Shown here one piece after another: positions 30,501-41,100 of a stretch of 64,000 nt of DNA. Source of the stretch: a virus (lineage: Duplodnaviria > Caudoviricetes); IMG/VR virus record IMGVR_UViG_2974720701_000001, positions 35,518 through 99,517 of that record. The stretch is one strand, 5' to 3'. The stretch's first letter is position 1. Each line of letters begins with the position of its first letter. The position numbers were made by a program, and so were the translations under genes. Below the pieces are notes generated by a model. That model was given only the letters and a program-made list of their open reading frames with translations. It was not told the origin of the DNA and made no database searches.

Positions 30501-32030
30501 TTTTACGAAAACCATCCAACCCAAGTTGGTGAGCAGGATATACATGCATTGCTTGATCAACCAGGATTAGATACATATTACTCCGATCCAGGAGCATTTC
30601 CTATAGGTCTTATACCTCAAGGATCACCTACAAGAGTAGGTAATGTAAGAGGGATAAGAGGAGAGATGCAGTATGGTGATCGTTCTGGACTTGGTGTTAA
30701 CCATATGGATCCTTATGTTGGTTCATTCATGAGAATAGCGCTTATGGATCCAGTACAACAGCAAAAAGTAAGACAACAAATGTCTCCTGCTGCTAATATG
30801 CAGTTTGATAACTGGTTGTTGGCTTATCAAGATCAAGTTACACAAGCGCAATTAAACAAAGCTAATCCTATTCAGAGACCTACTTGGGGTGGCGGAGGCG
30901 ACCAAGGACCTGTTCTAGGAAATGACGGACAACCATTACCTGAGCCAAGTAAAGGGTTGACTATGCACTTAGACCAGAACTACAAAGCTACTGGTATGGG
31001 GTCAGGTTTTAGTGATATAGCTAATATGCTTAATAGCCGTCCACAAGGCCAGATTGATGAAGCTATGCAAGGAGTTTTTGGTGGTAAGAATGCACCGCAT
31101 AGGGATCAGTTTATTGAATGGACTGCAAATCATGACCCAGATTTGTACAGACAGATCACCGGTCAAGAACCTCCTGACAGTCTTGCACAGAGCAGTGCTG
31201 CTATTCCTCCAGCTACTCAGACTCCTGGTTTTTCAAGTATTGTTCCTCCTAGCCCTTATCAGCAAACTGGTAGTGCTCCTCAAGGTGGTCCAAGCCCTGA
31301 TAACACACCACAAAACACGATGTATCCAATAGTGTATAACCCAGCACCAACTGGTAGCGATAATCATCCGGATTTTGCAAATAACCTTCCTGATTATCAA
31401 GCAGATCCACAAGGATTCATGGATTATATTGATTCGTTTAGAAACGACGATTCAGCCGAGGCATTAATGGATTATGTAGGTGAGAATGAGCCTAATTATC
31501 CAGGTATACAAGAAAGATATGCTGCTGCTCAGCAAACACTTGCTAATCAAGCAACTATGGGAGCGGGGCAGACATTTACTCCGCCACCACAACAGCAACC
31601 TCCTATACAGCAGCCTGTGCAGCAACAACCTGATCAGTTTACATCTAATGTAGGTGTTGGTCCTCAGGTTAATCAGCAGCCAATACAGCATTCGCCTAAT
31701 AGGTATCCTCTAACATTTAATCAAATGCAAGGGGTATTAGGAGTGTCCCCTTATTCTGGTACTGATGGGTTTGGAGATACACCAATTGATACGTACGCAA
31801 GTGATGGAGGAACGTTGTATGATAACCAAGGAATGCCAACAGGCGATAGTATACCAAACTTCGTTCCGCAACATCCTGCTTTAGTTACTCCTCTTGGTGG
31901 ACAGCAACAACAGCCTCCTGTGCAGCAGCAACAGCAACAACCTATACAACAACCTGTACAACAACAGCCTCCACAGGTTCAATGGGGTGCTTCACATCAG
32001 TATGCTCCATGGGGAAGACCAGGACAATGA
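27531..32030 (+). CDS. Cargo-protein-1-like ejection protein (1499 aa; conserved N-terminal domain, 1 GG-tag)
   Basis: N-terminal AAVSKGE...G...DNV.V......VLGN..HP..G.PF......N...FDKLLQQQ resembles the conserved domain of crAss cargo protein 1. Tag at 27915 is followed by the hydrophobic ATAGVGAGLAGLGGYYGMI; Gln/Pro-rich end. Confidence 0.6.
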   Translation: MAVDYTKAAVSKGEIYRKWGEIKKVTKGHGATADNVMVNTSPDFAVLGNTIHPLYGVPFKTLGERLYRRFNNPFYQDGDELSESSKALNHKVVNEEFDKLLQQQEQVNQMEGNNKQFADVSSTQYQQNAYGGAVPRYAQGGSKKKSEWESFKEGTREVGSSFADLGRQVKENFWDPMPRWGKYATAGVGAGLAGLGGYYGMIRPLYRKYKSWKEAKEAAEAKRKADIAAAQRGKPMAENEVIGTNEPAGPKPDTLDKSVPKKTSLPTQTGEEKSIITPTETPEVKMVGPNAMTVKQPKIKFGKSAAVQEHRLDENNDINDAIDKANRAKRAANKQVRLKVTPTIDKPRPLIVGDNRPDYNPEGAIYPPNMKIVRGFKNVRHITPGEPKAPSFGLKQDNPMLKQPLTNEQAQEKMAQQLVDQDEFGKVKHDSDTAGKNIEQWPPLKTKYMDFPSDSGDEPRATDLYPPFDEPPKGVRIKGERFFNPFEVKEFSKPVNPIMGRNPARVHTNKLDLNPKVQNKGLTLEEMYAPASEGGRKLSDKDVQKLFKRERASINGKGVEKPHSYKPANWFGTGFEGGEGKTKFTPHPRTTERTPVYSEKFFPHGSPEEPRANQYGNLENTIYEPTGKDVLGNVVDYDATGQRDEKGNFIVPKKPSVVKQRPPHKHRGRGSYQLDDSDLELLGSDTDTPYAGGQALLGDPVGHLYEDMGPGLQGTVNPFVAAKRRQKLIDSDSDVLTKAQFDALPTDQDGYSIGPDVNEQQAINQGVDAANRDLPYDTTWFNPGYGDQPFAEIRELKRTNPIEYIDAVNAMHAISPSDYKRFSNWHGIHHPGEDVEDKTVLNAAIPQFEERGKFPYGYRAPTLAQMQREPMFPFNYEEKPIVHKLTPAAIKVSQGKKALGLTEATPVERQVEARMESLGNFNDFYKWAKEDNDRYLRFRRAQQLKNPDAFRDFDTWRNDYYPEWDENPRLFAPYDVPSLKNVPAKPRQAEFYENHPTQVGEQDIHALLDQPGLDTYYSDPGAFPIGLIPQGSPTRVGNVRGIRGEMQYGDRSGLGVNHMDPYVGSFMRIALMDPVQQQKVRQQMSPAANMQFDNWLLAYQDQVTQAQLNKANPIQRPTWGGGGDQGPVLGNDGQPLPEPSKGLTMHLDQNYKATGMGSGFSDIANMLNSRPQGQIDEAMQGVFGGKNAPHRDQFIEWTANHDPDLYRQITGQEPPDSLAQSSAAIPPATQTPGFSSIVPPSPYQQTGSAPQGGPSPDNTPQNTMYPIVYNPAPTGSDNHPDFANNLPDYQADPQGFMDYIDSFRNDDSAEALMDYVGENEPNYPGIQERYAAAQQTLANQATMGAGQTFTPPPQQQPPIQQPVQQQPDQFTSNVGVGPQVNQQPIQHSPNRYPLTFNQMQGVLGVSPYSGTDGFGDTPIDTYASDGGTLYDNQGMPTGDSIPNFVPQHPALVTPLGGQQQQPPVQQQQQQPIQQPVQQQPPQVQWGASHQYAPWGRPGQ
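31580..31980 (+). repeat. Gln/Pro low-complexity repeats (QQPPIQQPVQQQP)
   Basis: Two blocks of CAA/CAG/CCT repeats at about 31580-31632 and 31902-31975. Confidence 0.7.
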
Positions 32031-33551
32031 ATGAAACCTTTCTATAATTATACCGACCCTAGAGATAATAGATTTGTATTTAAAGGCAGCGAAAATAGAC
32101 CGAGTGCTGTGGCTATGGAAGATATTGTTAGAGGAGCAAAAAATAATCCTACTTTTATTGATTTCCAAGAACGCCAGTATCCTGGAACAAAGAAAGCATT
32201 TAGAAAATGGCTTGCTTATGATCCTCAGCGTATGATTGATCCTGCAACTAATATGCCATATGATCTAGCTGCTTGGAATGTTCCTACTGAGATGCCATCA
32301 GATACACCTATTGATTTCCTTTCTCCTACTGCTAAGCACGGAGGATCGGTACAGAGGTTCGCACATGGTGGTAGCATAAGTGGACTAGATGGGTTCAAGT
32401 ACCCTATCCGACGCTATGCTACTGGTGGTTCAGCAGCCGTACCTGCATCAGGCACATTAGAAGCTATTGCAGCAGCATCTGCAGCAGCAGACAAAGCAAC
32501 AGCTAAGGGTGGCTCATGGGGAGACTTTGCTAACACAGCAGCACAGACAGTGAACAGCTCAGGCGTGTCTATTTCAGACATGATACGTAACCTCTTCAGG
32601 AAGAGACCTACAGTAGGAGCAAATGACTACTACTACAAGGTCATGGAAGAAGCTCTACGTGGTAGCTTAGCTAAAGCACAGTCAGGTAGGGGAGCAGACC
32701 TATTACCTCCTACTAAACCACAGGATATAGAAGCAGAGCCAGATATCGATCCAGCATACATGACCAGTGAACGTAACAACATGACTGGTGTAGTAGCTAA
32801 AGCCTTGATGGACAAGATCAAAGATACTGACAGTGAACGTTCAGACGCTCTTGAACGTCTAGCATCACGACGCAGGGAAGCAGGTAGAGCAGGCGATGCA
32901 CCAACTAGGTTAGCAATGATCCTTGAAGCTCAACGCCAGTACGGTAACGAGATGAAAGGGGCTAGAGCAGCAGCTGATGCAAGCAACAGAGATACCAGAG
33001 CAGAGTTCGCTCGTACCATGGCAGCTATAGGTGATGCAGACAGTGCTAAAGCAATGGAAGCATCTAGGCACAATATTGAAGAGAAGACACGTGTTGACGA
33101 CCTTAACGCACGCAGGCATGCAGCGCATAGACAAGCGAGATCAGCACAGAACTACGCGTACGAACAAGAGAAGAGAGCATTCAATAACCAGCAGCGCATG
33201 GACGAGTACAACAGAAGTAAAGAGTCTGACGCTCTTAGACTACAACTAGCTGAGTTACATGGCCGTAGAGGTCAGGAAGCAGACCTAGCTAAGGAGATGG
33301 CTAAGGAGAACAGGTGGAAGAGCTGGCGTACATGGCTCAAGCTATTAGGCATGGGTGCAGGAGCTACCATTGGTGGAATGACTGGTGGTGTAGCAGGTGC
33401 AGGACTAGGGTTATCTCTAGGTAGTGTGCTTAAACATGGTGGTTCAGTACGTAGATATAGCAAAGGAGGTATGCAAAACGCCTGGATGAATCAAGGAAAA
33501 GATATAGATTTGTATGTACGAACAAAGAAACAACGAAATCCGTTTAGATAA
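32031..33551 (+). CDS. Putative cargo protein (506 aa; 2 GG-tags, coiled coil, glycine zipper); in frame with the upstream ORF
   Basis: The ATG immediately follows the upstream TGA in the same frame. Tags at 32334 and 33432; LLGMGAGATIGGMTGGVAGAGLGLSLGSVL. Confidence 0.6.
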   Translation: MKPFYNYTDPRDNRFVFKGSENRPSAVAMEDIVRGAKNNPTFIDFQERQYPGTKKAFRKWLAYDPQRMIDPATNMPYDLAAWNVPTEMPSDTPIDFLSPTAKHGGSVQRFAHGGSISGLDGFKYPIRRYATGGSAAVPASGTLEAIAAASAAADKATAKGGSWGDFANTAAQTVNSSGVSISDMIRNLFRKRPTVGANDYYYKVMEEALRGSLAKAQSGRGADLLPPTKPQDIEAEPDIDPAYMTSERNNMTGVVAKALMDKIKDTDSERSDALERLASRRREAGRAGDAPTRLAMILEAQRQYGNEMKGARAAADASNRDTRAEFARTMAAIGDADSAKAMEASRHNIEEKTRVDDLNARRHAAHRQARSAQNYAYEQEKRAFNNQQRMDEYNRSKESDALRLQLAELHGRRGQEADLAKEMAKENRWKSWRTWLKLLGMGAGATIGGMTGGVAGAGLGLSLGSVLKHGGSVRRYSKGGMQNAWMNQGKDIDLYVRTKKQRNPFR

Positions 33552-35191
33552 TGGGTGTATACGATCAAATTAACGAGTATGATAATATCCCTAGCCCATC
33601 AGGTGGGGGATACAGTAGCTCAGGCTACACATCATCAAATGTAAGTGGAGCAGCCAAGTGGAATCCAATGTTCAATCCGTTCCCTGCCACAGCTAATATG
33701 GCACCGGAGCCAGATGTGAACTTCAGTGTTCCTATGAAAGCACAGGTTGCTGCAGCTAAGGAACCGTTCTATGGAGACCTAGAGAAAGGCATACAGATGA
33801 ATGGGATCACTAACCCGCATATCATTGATCATCTATCTAAGAACGTCCTACAACCAGCTGAGGAATTAGCAGGCAAGATTGCTAAGTTACAAGAACGTGG
33901 CATTGATGCTACGTCACAGATTAACGCACTCAAGCTATACCTCAAAGGACCCTTTGTCAAGGGTGAGCTAGCGAAAGCAAAGAACATGCAGGACCAGATT
34001 GATACGATGAGCAAGCAGTTTGAGAAGATGACCGGCTCACAGATGAAAGGCCTAGACAATCCAAACTTCCTCGATCCATATGATGGAGGGTTTGAAGCTA
34101 TGGCACGTAGGTATCATCCATCAGAGCTAGAAGCATTAGAGAAGAAGTTCAGAGACACTAGAGATCATAGCAACGATAATGAGTATGGCTTAACTAGAGG
34201 ACAAGCACAACGTAACCTTGCTGGAGCGCATGAGCTACATGATGAGGATACGATGGCAGCTGTAGCTAGTGAGATCATGCAGAAACGCTTCCCTGACCTA
34301 GCTAAGAAGGTTGACAGAGGAGAAGCATTGACTAAGAAAGAAGCACAACAAGTACAGAATGAGGTACATAAACGTATTGCTCGTATGGAATCTGACTACG
34401 TTAATCAGATGGCACATACCAAGCACGTACCTAAGGAGAGAGCACCAGTGACACATATACACATGGGTAACACCTATTCAGAAGATGGTCGTGGAGGACC
34501 TCCAGCATTGTCTGAACTAGCAGTGGCTACTTTCCAAGCACAACGCTCAGGTAAGCATAAGCCGATCAACGATAAGATAGCCCAGCTATACTTTGGTGAT
34601 AACAAGTCACACTCATTAGATGTAGTAGGTGGTCATGGCGGAGTAAACAACTTAAACTATACACACGTCACTAACGCTGATGCTATATACCCTGGTATGA
34701 CAACCAAAGGCAAGTACAATAATGCATATAGTGAGCTTATACACCATGTTAAGTCATCAGGAGCTAAGATATTGCTGAATGGTAATACGCATGTTGATGC
34801 ACATGATGGAGGACGTAGTGTAAAAGGAGACTTATTAATATCTAGAGAACAACTAGAAAACGCATATGAAGCATACAGAAGCCGTCATCCTAAGCAGTTT
34901 GGTGAGAAGAAGCACATCTTCGGAGTAGGCGTACCATTCACCGGAGAGAACCACGAAGAGAACTTGAAGAAGTTCATGGATATGGTTGGCGGTGTTAAAG
35001 AGCTAGGACATGCGTCTAAACCAGGTAAGCAGCTAGATGATAGTCAGAAGATGTACTCAGTTAAAGCGTTCATTCGCAATCCATTAGCTGACCGGTTACC
35101 GCATAATATCGCTATGGGGCAAGATATAAAGGCTGAGAGCCAGCCAAGTAAGATTAAAGCTGAACAAGAAAGAGTATTAAATAGAAGATAA
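33551..35191 (+). CDS. Putative ejection/cargo protein preceding the virion RNAP (546 aa)
   Basis: TAATG-coupled on both sides, with a helical N-terminal half. Occupies the syntenic position of crAss cargo genes before the RNAP. Confidence 0.55.
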   Translation: MGVYDQINEYDNIPSPSGGGYSSSGYTSSNVSGAAKWNPMFNPFPATANMAPEPDVNFSVPMKAQVAAAKEPFYGDLEKGIQMNGITNPHIIDHLSKNVLQPAEELAGKIAKLQERGIDATSQINALKLYLKGPFVKGELAKAKNMQDQIDTMSKQFEKMTGSQMKGLDNPNFLDPYDGGFEAMARRYHPSELEALEKKFRDTRDHSNDNEYGLTRGQAQRNLAGAHELHDEDTMAAVASEIMQKRFPDLAKKVDRGEALTKKEAQQVQNEVHKRIARMESDYVNQMAHTKHVPKERAPVTHIHMGNTYSEDGRGGPPALSELAVATFQAQRSGKHKPINDKIAQLYFGDNKSHSLDVVGGHGGVNNLNYTHVTNADAIYPGMTTKGKYNNAYSELIHHVKSSGAKILLNGNTHVDAHDGGRSVKGDLLISREQLENAYEAYRSRHPKQFGEKKHIFGVGVPFTGENHEENLKKFMDMVGGVKELGHASKPGKQLDDSQKMYSVKAFIRNPLADRLPHNIAMGQDIKAESQPSKIKAEQERVLNRR

Positions 35192-38100
35192 TGGCTGTTC
35201 CATCGAATTTCATACCTCATTTTAATGAGATTCAAGAAGGGTTCGCTGCTGCACAGAGAGCAGATGAGATTAGGCATCAGCACGAGACTAACAACCGTGT
35301 TCTGCAAGCTACCACAACGCTACTGAAGCACACGAACAATAAGGCTATGGCTGATCAGCAGTTCAACACACGCCTAGACGACCGTGATGAACGTGCTTAT
35401 CAAGCATGGAAGCAACATATCCCTAACCACATGCGTGCGCAGGAGGGAGTATATGATCTACGTGGTTACTACATCCATTACGCTAATAACCCGGATGTAC
35501 GAAACCCAGACATGAAGAAGCTTCCTGAGACATGGAAGAAGCCTAACCATCCAGAGTTCAGTAAGTTCTCTATCTACTCAGACCAACAGACACCTGGAGG
35601 TGAGTATAGGAAGATGAAAGGCAAGGATGGTAAGGATCATACATTCTTCATGCCACCAGAAGCTCTTGCCTATGAGAAAGACCTTAAGTGGAAACAGAAC
35701 CAGGATAAGCATCAACAATCTGAATGGGATCCATACAGCCAAGGTAGTGGCTTTGGTTTATTAGGAGGAATCATCTCTAAGACCCTAAGAAACGCTGATG
35801 AGCATCTTGCACAGATGACACCAGAGCAGAAGAAGGAAGAGCTATATAAGCTACGTAAGGACCCAATGAAAGCTGTTGGTGGACATACTAAGGTTAACGA
35901 ACGTTCATGGTATGGTGCTATAGGAGCATCGGTACCTGCAGGTGTATTATCTACTATGGCAGATGTGTTTGATATAGCTTCTAAGGTTCATGTTAATCCT
36001 CAAAATGCTTTTGGTTTATTAGACGAGCCTAAGCTTAACAAGTCTAGATACGTATCTGAGTTCTTTAGAGGTTTATCTGAAGAGGTTCAAGGTAAGGTGC
36101 CTACTATAAAGAATAAACTAGGCAATATCGCCGAACAAGCAGCTGTTGGCGCAGGGCATTTAGCAGGTGAAATAATGGGTTTAAATCCTGTTATTGATGC
36201 AGGTAAGGCTGTTGCTGGGTTAACCATGAATGCAATCAAGTTTGGCATAGCAGCACGTGGAGCAGAGATGCTTGCTGGTGTAGGCGAGGTAGTGCCAAAA
36301 GCTAAGTTCCTCTATGGAGCAGGCAAGACAACGGCTGAAGCAGCTGAGACCTTCTCTGCTATAGGACATTCAAAGACCATACAAGGAATAGAAAAGGTTG
36401 GCAAGGCAGTGCTTAAGCACACAAGTGATCCAATGGACTGGGCCTTTGTTATGACTAACACATCTAAGCATACTAATGAGCTTTACGACACTGTTAATGA
36501 CCTAGTTAAACATGGAGTACCTAAGGATGCTACACCAGAAGAACAACAATACTATCAGAGCTTACTAGCTAATAAAGACAAGATCAAGATGGACGGCTAT
36601 GCTAACCTATTAGCTAACAGCTTGGCTTTCATGGGATTAGGTAAAGCAGCATTGCTACAGAAGATGATGCGTCCATTAACAAAGGAGTTTGGTGCTGATG
36701 CAACAAGCAAGTGGCTCACTAGGCACCTAACAGAACAGTTTGGTCCAGAGGGCATGCTAAGTAAGCTCACTGAGGGAGCAGAACACATGGCTGAAACAGC
36801 AGCGTCAGCAGCTAAGGAAGGAGCACAGTTCGCAATGATCGGTGCTATACCAAGCATAACAGACGCTATTGTACAGAACTCGTTGTTTAACAAGAAGATA
36901 GACATGAAGCAAGAGCTTACTAATGTAGGTAAGTCCTTTGCTACAGGTGCTTTCATGGGTGGTATACCTAAGCTTATCACTGGTCCTGAGGTTAAGATAC
37001 CTAAAGCTGGTGAGATGCGTAAGGAGGTCAGTCCAGTTGTTGAAGCAACGTATGAAGCAGCTAACATGGCTGGTGCACCTGAGTTCACTCGTATGGACAC
37101 AATGAAAGGCTATGACCAGGACCCAGCTGTACAAGGAACAAAGGAGCACATAAGACAGAAGTTCGGTGTTGATAACGAAGCAGCATTAGACCATATCACA
37201 TCTTACCTGTTCAAAGCTAAGGATGATGTCAAGGAAGTGCTTGAACAGACACAAGAAGCTAAGTCACGCACATGGCAGCAAGCAGAAGAACAGTTACAAA
37301 ATATTAGGCCAGAAGATTCCCGCAGACTAATACGTAAAGCACACGAAGCTGAACGTATGATGGAGCGTCGATTCAATGACCCAACCAAACCATTTGAAGA
37401 AAAACGATTTAATGAGATCTTCTCTTTATACATGCGAGGTGAGAAAGACGCCAAAGCTGTTGAGCGGATCCATGACACGCTATACGACATTGTCCATCTT
37501 AACGAAGCAACTAAGACATTGAACGCTAAGATGGAGAAGCTAGACATTGACAACCTCGATCCTAAGGGAATTGATTGGTTTGTTAAGAACAGTAGCTTCC
37601 TTTCTACCCTATCTAACGAGTCTATATACAAAGAGGTCAAGAGTCGCATTGGTGAAGACCCATTTACCAATCCGGATGCGGACGTAGAAAATTTACCTAG
37701 CTCTCAGCCTACACCTGACGAAATGCAAGCACAGCAGCCAACTGATCCATCCATTCAGCAACAAGATGCAGCAGCTGCAGCCTCAGAGGGCAAAAACGAA
37801 GAGACTGAACCAGCAGAGCCTGAGAACGTCCCAACAGAGGGTATAGACCATGTAATAGCACAAGTGAAAGATATTTTGCCTCAAGACGGCGACGTTTTGG
37901 CAAGAAAAGCCATCGATTCTATCGAACGTAACATAGCGGCCTTCGTCGGATTGGAAGATTCGATGCAACCGCGTGAGTACGAAGATAAGATCGAGGACTT
38001 GAGATATACGATATATAAAAGTGACCAAGGTTTTCATATGGAGATCTCAGACTTCGCTGGCAATAACCAGCAGGAGTTTGATGGATCTACATCGCAGGAT

Positions 38101-41100
38101 ATCATGCAATCATATGCCAACTACCTCACTGAAAGACAAGCAGACAAATTGGGTGACCCAACAGTGCTTCCACCGTTAGCCGACCATGGCACAAAAGAGG
38201 ATTTCCTCGAACGTGCACAAGGCGGCTTATTACGTGGTACACCTAAACGGTTCGAGACAGCTGTACTGAACTATCAGAGAACAGCTAATAGAACATGGGA
38301 AAAGGTCAACTCTCTCACAACACCCGATGGAGACCTGCAAGGCAAGCTAGAGATTAGCAAGAACTGGCAACAGGTAGTCCACCCAGAGTCACGTGGTATG
38401 ACACAATCAGCTATCAACGAAGCCATGGGAATCATGGTGTTAAACGATAGAGAGGAGAGAAAACGTGCTGTCGAACGACTAAAAGAGACAGACACATGGA
38501 CGAACATTGTCGCTAACCTACCATTATATATCAACGCACGTATAGGCAATATATTCATTAACGATGGTCATGCTAATGAACCTATGACTCCTGAGTACCA
38601 GACAGCAAGATCAAACTTCTTAGAGAAGTGGCTTGTTGATGGTAATGACGGTATCAAGGTCAGACGTATATACGGAGACTTTGACAGAGGTACCAGCCGC
38701 TCACTCAAGGAGAGGGTGTCTTTTATGCAGACACACCCTCACTCATTCGAAAAGATCGAGGACGATTTCCACCAAGCCATGACTGGCCGATACACGCTAG
38801 ATATAGCTGGACATAAGATGGAGGTATTCAGATCTAAGATGGGCTACGATGAGCATACAGGCAAAGACCCGGGATTATCTGGTCCATTAGCTGCCCTTAT
38901 AGTAGATAATGCTATCAATGACAACAACTTAGAGATCAACAAGGACAATCAGACAGCCTACGGTATCAAGCTCCCAACAGACAAGCCTATGCTTGCTAGG
39001 GACATCATTGGCCTCTTCCTCGAACCAGCTGTATTAGAAACACCTACACCAGTATCTGCTGACCATATAGCTAAGGGATACATGCAGAACACCAATAACT
39101 ACCGTGACCTAGCTGACCAGTTCATACAGATCAACCCAAACCAGATCAACTATTACTACGAAGGGGCATACAGGAGCGAGAGCATACAGAACATGCCTAG
39201 AGAAGACCTTATACCTATCGTAGAAAGCATATTAAAGAAGAAAGGCATCTTCCCTGCAGCAGACAAGATCAACCAACCGCAACCAGGGTTACAGATTGGT
39301 AATGTCAAGCTAGATAAGGGCAAGAAGCTCAGTGCAGCATTAGTAGATAACGACCTGCTACACACCAACTTAGATATCCAACGACCATTCAGTTGGGCTA
39401 CTGTGGAAGTCACCACGGCGGATAATCCGATAACCACACCACAGCCTGTAGATACTACTGACCTACGCCCAGTGAGAGCTGAGGAAGTAGAGAAGATCAA
39501 CAAGGCTAACACTAAGGGAGGTATAATAGCCGAAGCTGATGTGTCATCTATGCGTGATGAGCTAGGAGACGTACCTATCAGGCTATACAAGTCTTCTAAC
39601 CAGAATCCGTACCTTACCTGTAATGAGCGTCTACTGCAAGCTATTGACGGCCTGAACATCCCAGAGGCCGGTACTAGTTCGACCTATGTACAAGACTCCA
39701 CGATTGTACGTAATCAGCTTATGGAAGCTCTAGCAGGAAGGTTCACTAACAGAGATGAGTTTCAGGAGCTACTAGCTAACCTATCACAGCAGAGCGATAC
39801 GTTCAAGAACTTCAACGATGCCCTCTATGGTGTTGATGGAGACGAGAACCTACGCACAGCAGCTATGAGCTTCTTCAATAAGGAACGTAGCTCATTTGTG
39901 TCTATCAGCAAGGACTGGCGCACTGGAGCAATGGCGGTTGCACCTGCATCAGCCAGACCAGGTGAGCTATTTGTTAATGATGGTATGGGAGACAAACGTT
40001 ACGTCGTTCATGAACCAGCAGCTATAGACAGACATATCAATACTAACCTTAAGGACCGCGTATACGTTGATCGTGTGCTTAAGGACCCATACTTCTCTCA
40101 TAATCAGACACTTACTAGACTACGTGATGACAAGAACGCGCAGGTAGCTATGCATGAGGTGATATCTATAGACACCGCATCAGGCAAGACTAACTATGGT
40201 AAACTATCTAATATTGACCGTGCAGTGCTTGTCGCTAATCACGCGTTAGACATCACCAAACCAGCTGTTGTCAGGCAGATATCCGACAAGGATAGGCTCT
40301 TCCTTTTTGATGGTCTATCTAGGAGGAACATGAAGACTGATGGCAGTGAAGCACCATTCTTCCTCTCTACCTATGGTAAGGATGAACGTACTACTGTGCT
40401 TAAGGAGATAGAGAAACGCAGAGATGTGTTACGTATGCTCCTTGGTGACAACCCTCTAGACGACAACATGGCTAAGTGGGCTTCTCTCACACCAGAGGAA
40501 CAGCATGGAGTACTTGCTGGACGCAGTCTTAAGGGCATGGGACTGATTGGTGGATACCATTACGACTATGTGCCTATGATTGGTCATAGCGGACTAGAAG
40601 GCTGGAAGATCGACCTTGAAGGTGGTGCATACCATCCACGCCTATTCGGTTCTGTCTGGGGAGAGGACTACTACACTGGACTTGAATGGGATAACATGAC
40701 TGCTGCACACCTGGAAGGGTTACGTAGCAGCGAATCAGATATTGTCAACGACGACACCATAGGCAAGATGAACGCACATCTAGCTATACTTGAAGATAAG
40801 TACCTTAACGACTTAGCTGCCATGGGATTAGTCAAGCTCGGAGAAGGCAAGAAGTCAGCAGCTGAACGCCTCTTATCCGTAGCAACAACAACAGACGGCA
40901 AGCCATACATTGGTTTAGACACCGACCCAGAACGGTTCCTTAATAACGTCAAACGTATTATCCTCCATAACCTACATAATCAGCTCGAGCTCAACGGGTT
41001 ACTCTTCGGCGACCCTGCGTTATTCGGTTCATGGGGGAACCAAACTAAACGTATCGGACAAGCGTTCTCTACAGGAACAGCGTTCGTTAATGACTTCCCT

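Larger units (their letters stand above)
11314..33470 (+). repeat. Dispersed protein-level repeat [AK][HY]GGx[VI][PRQ]R[YF]xxGG, 16 copies
   Basis: Copies start at about 11314, 12190, 12982, 13930, 16639, 17305, 19727, 20279, 21521, 22826, 24866, 25637, 26192, 27915, 32334 and 33432. The copy at 12982 has an internal insertion before the second xxGG. Synonymous positions differ between copies. Confidence 0.92.

Noticed and set aside
11314-33470. GG-tag repeats as a CRISPR array or DGR template/variable repeats
   Set aside because: Spacing is irregular (0.4-4.4 kb), conservation is at protein level with synonymous variation rather than adenine-specific changes, and no cas or reverse transcriptase gene is in the window.
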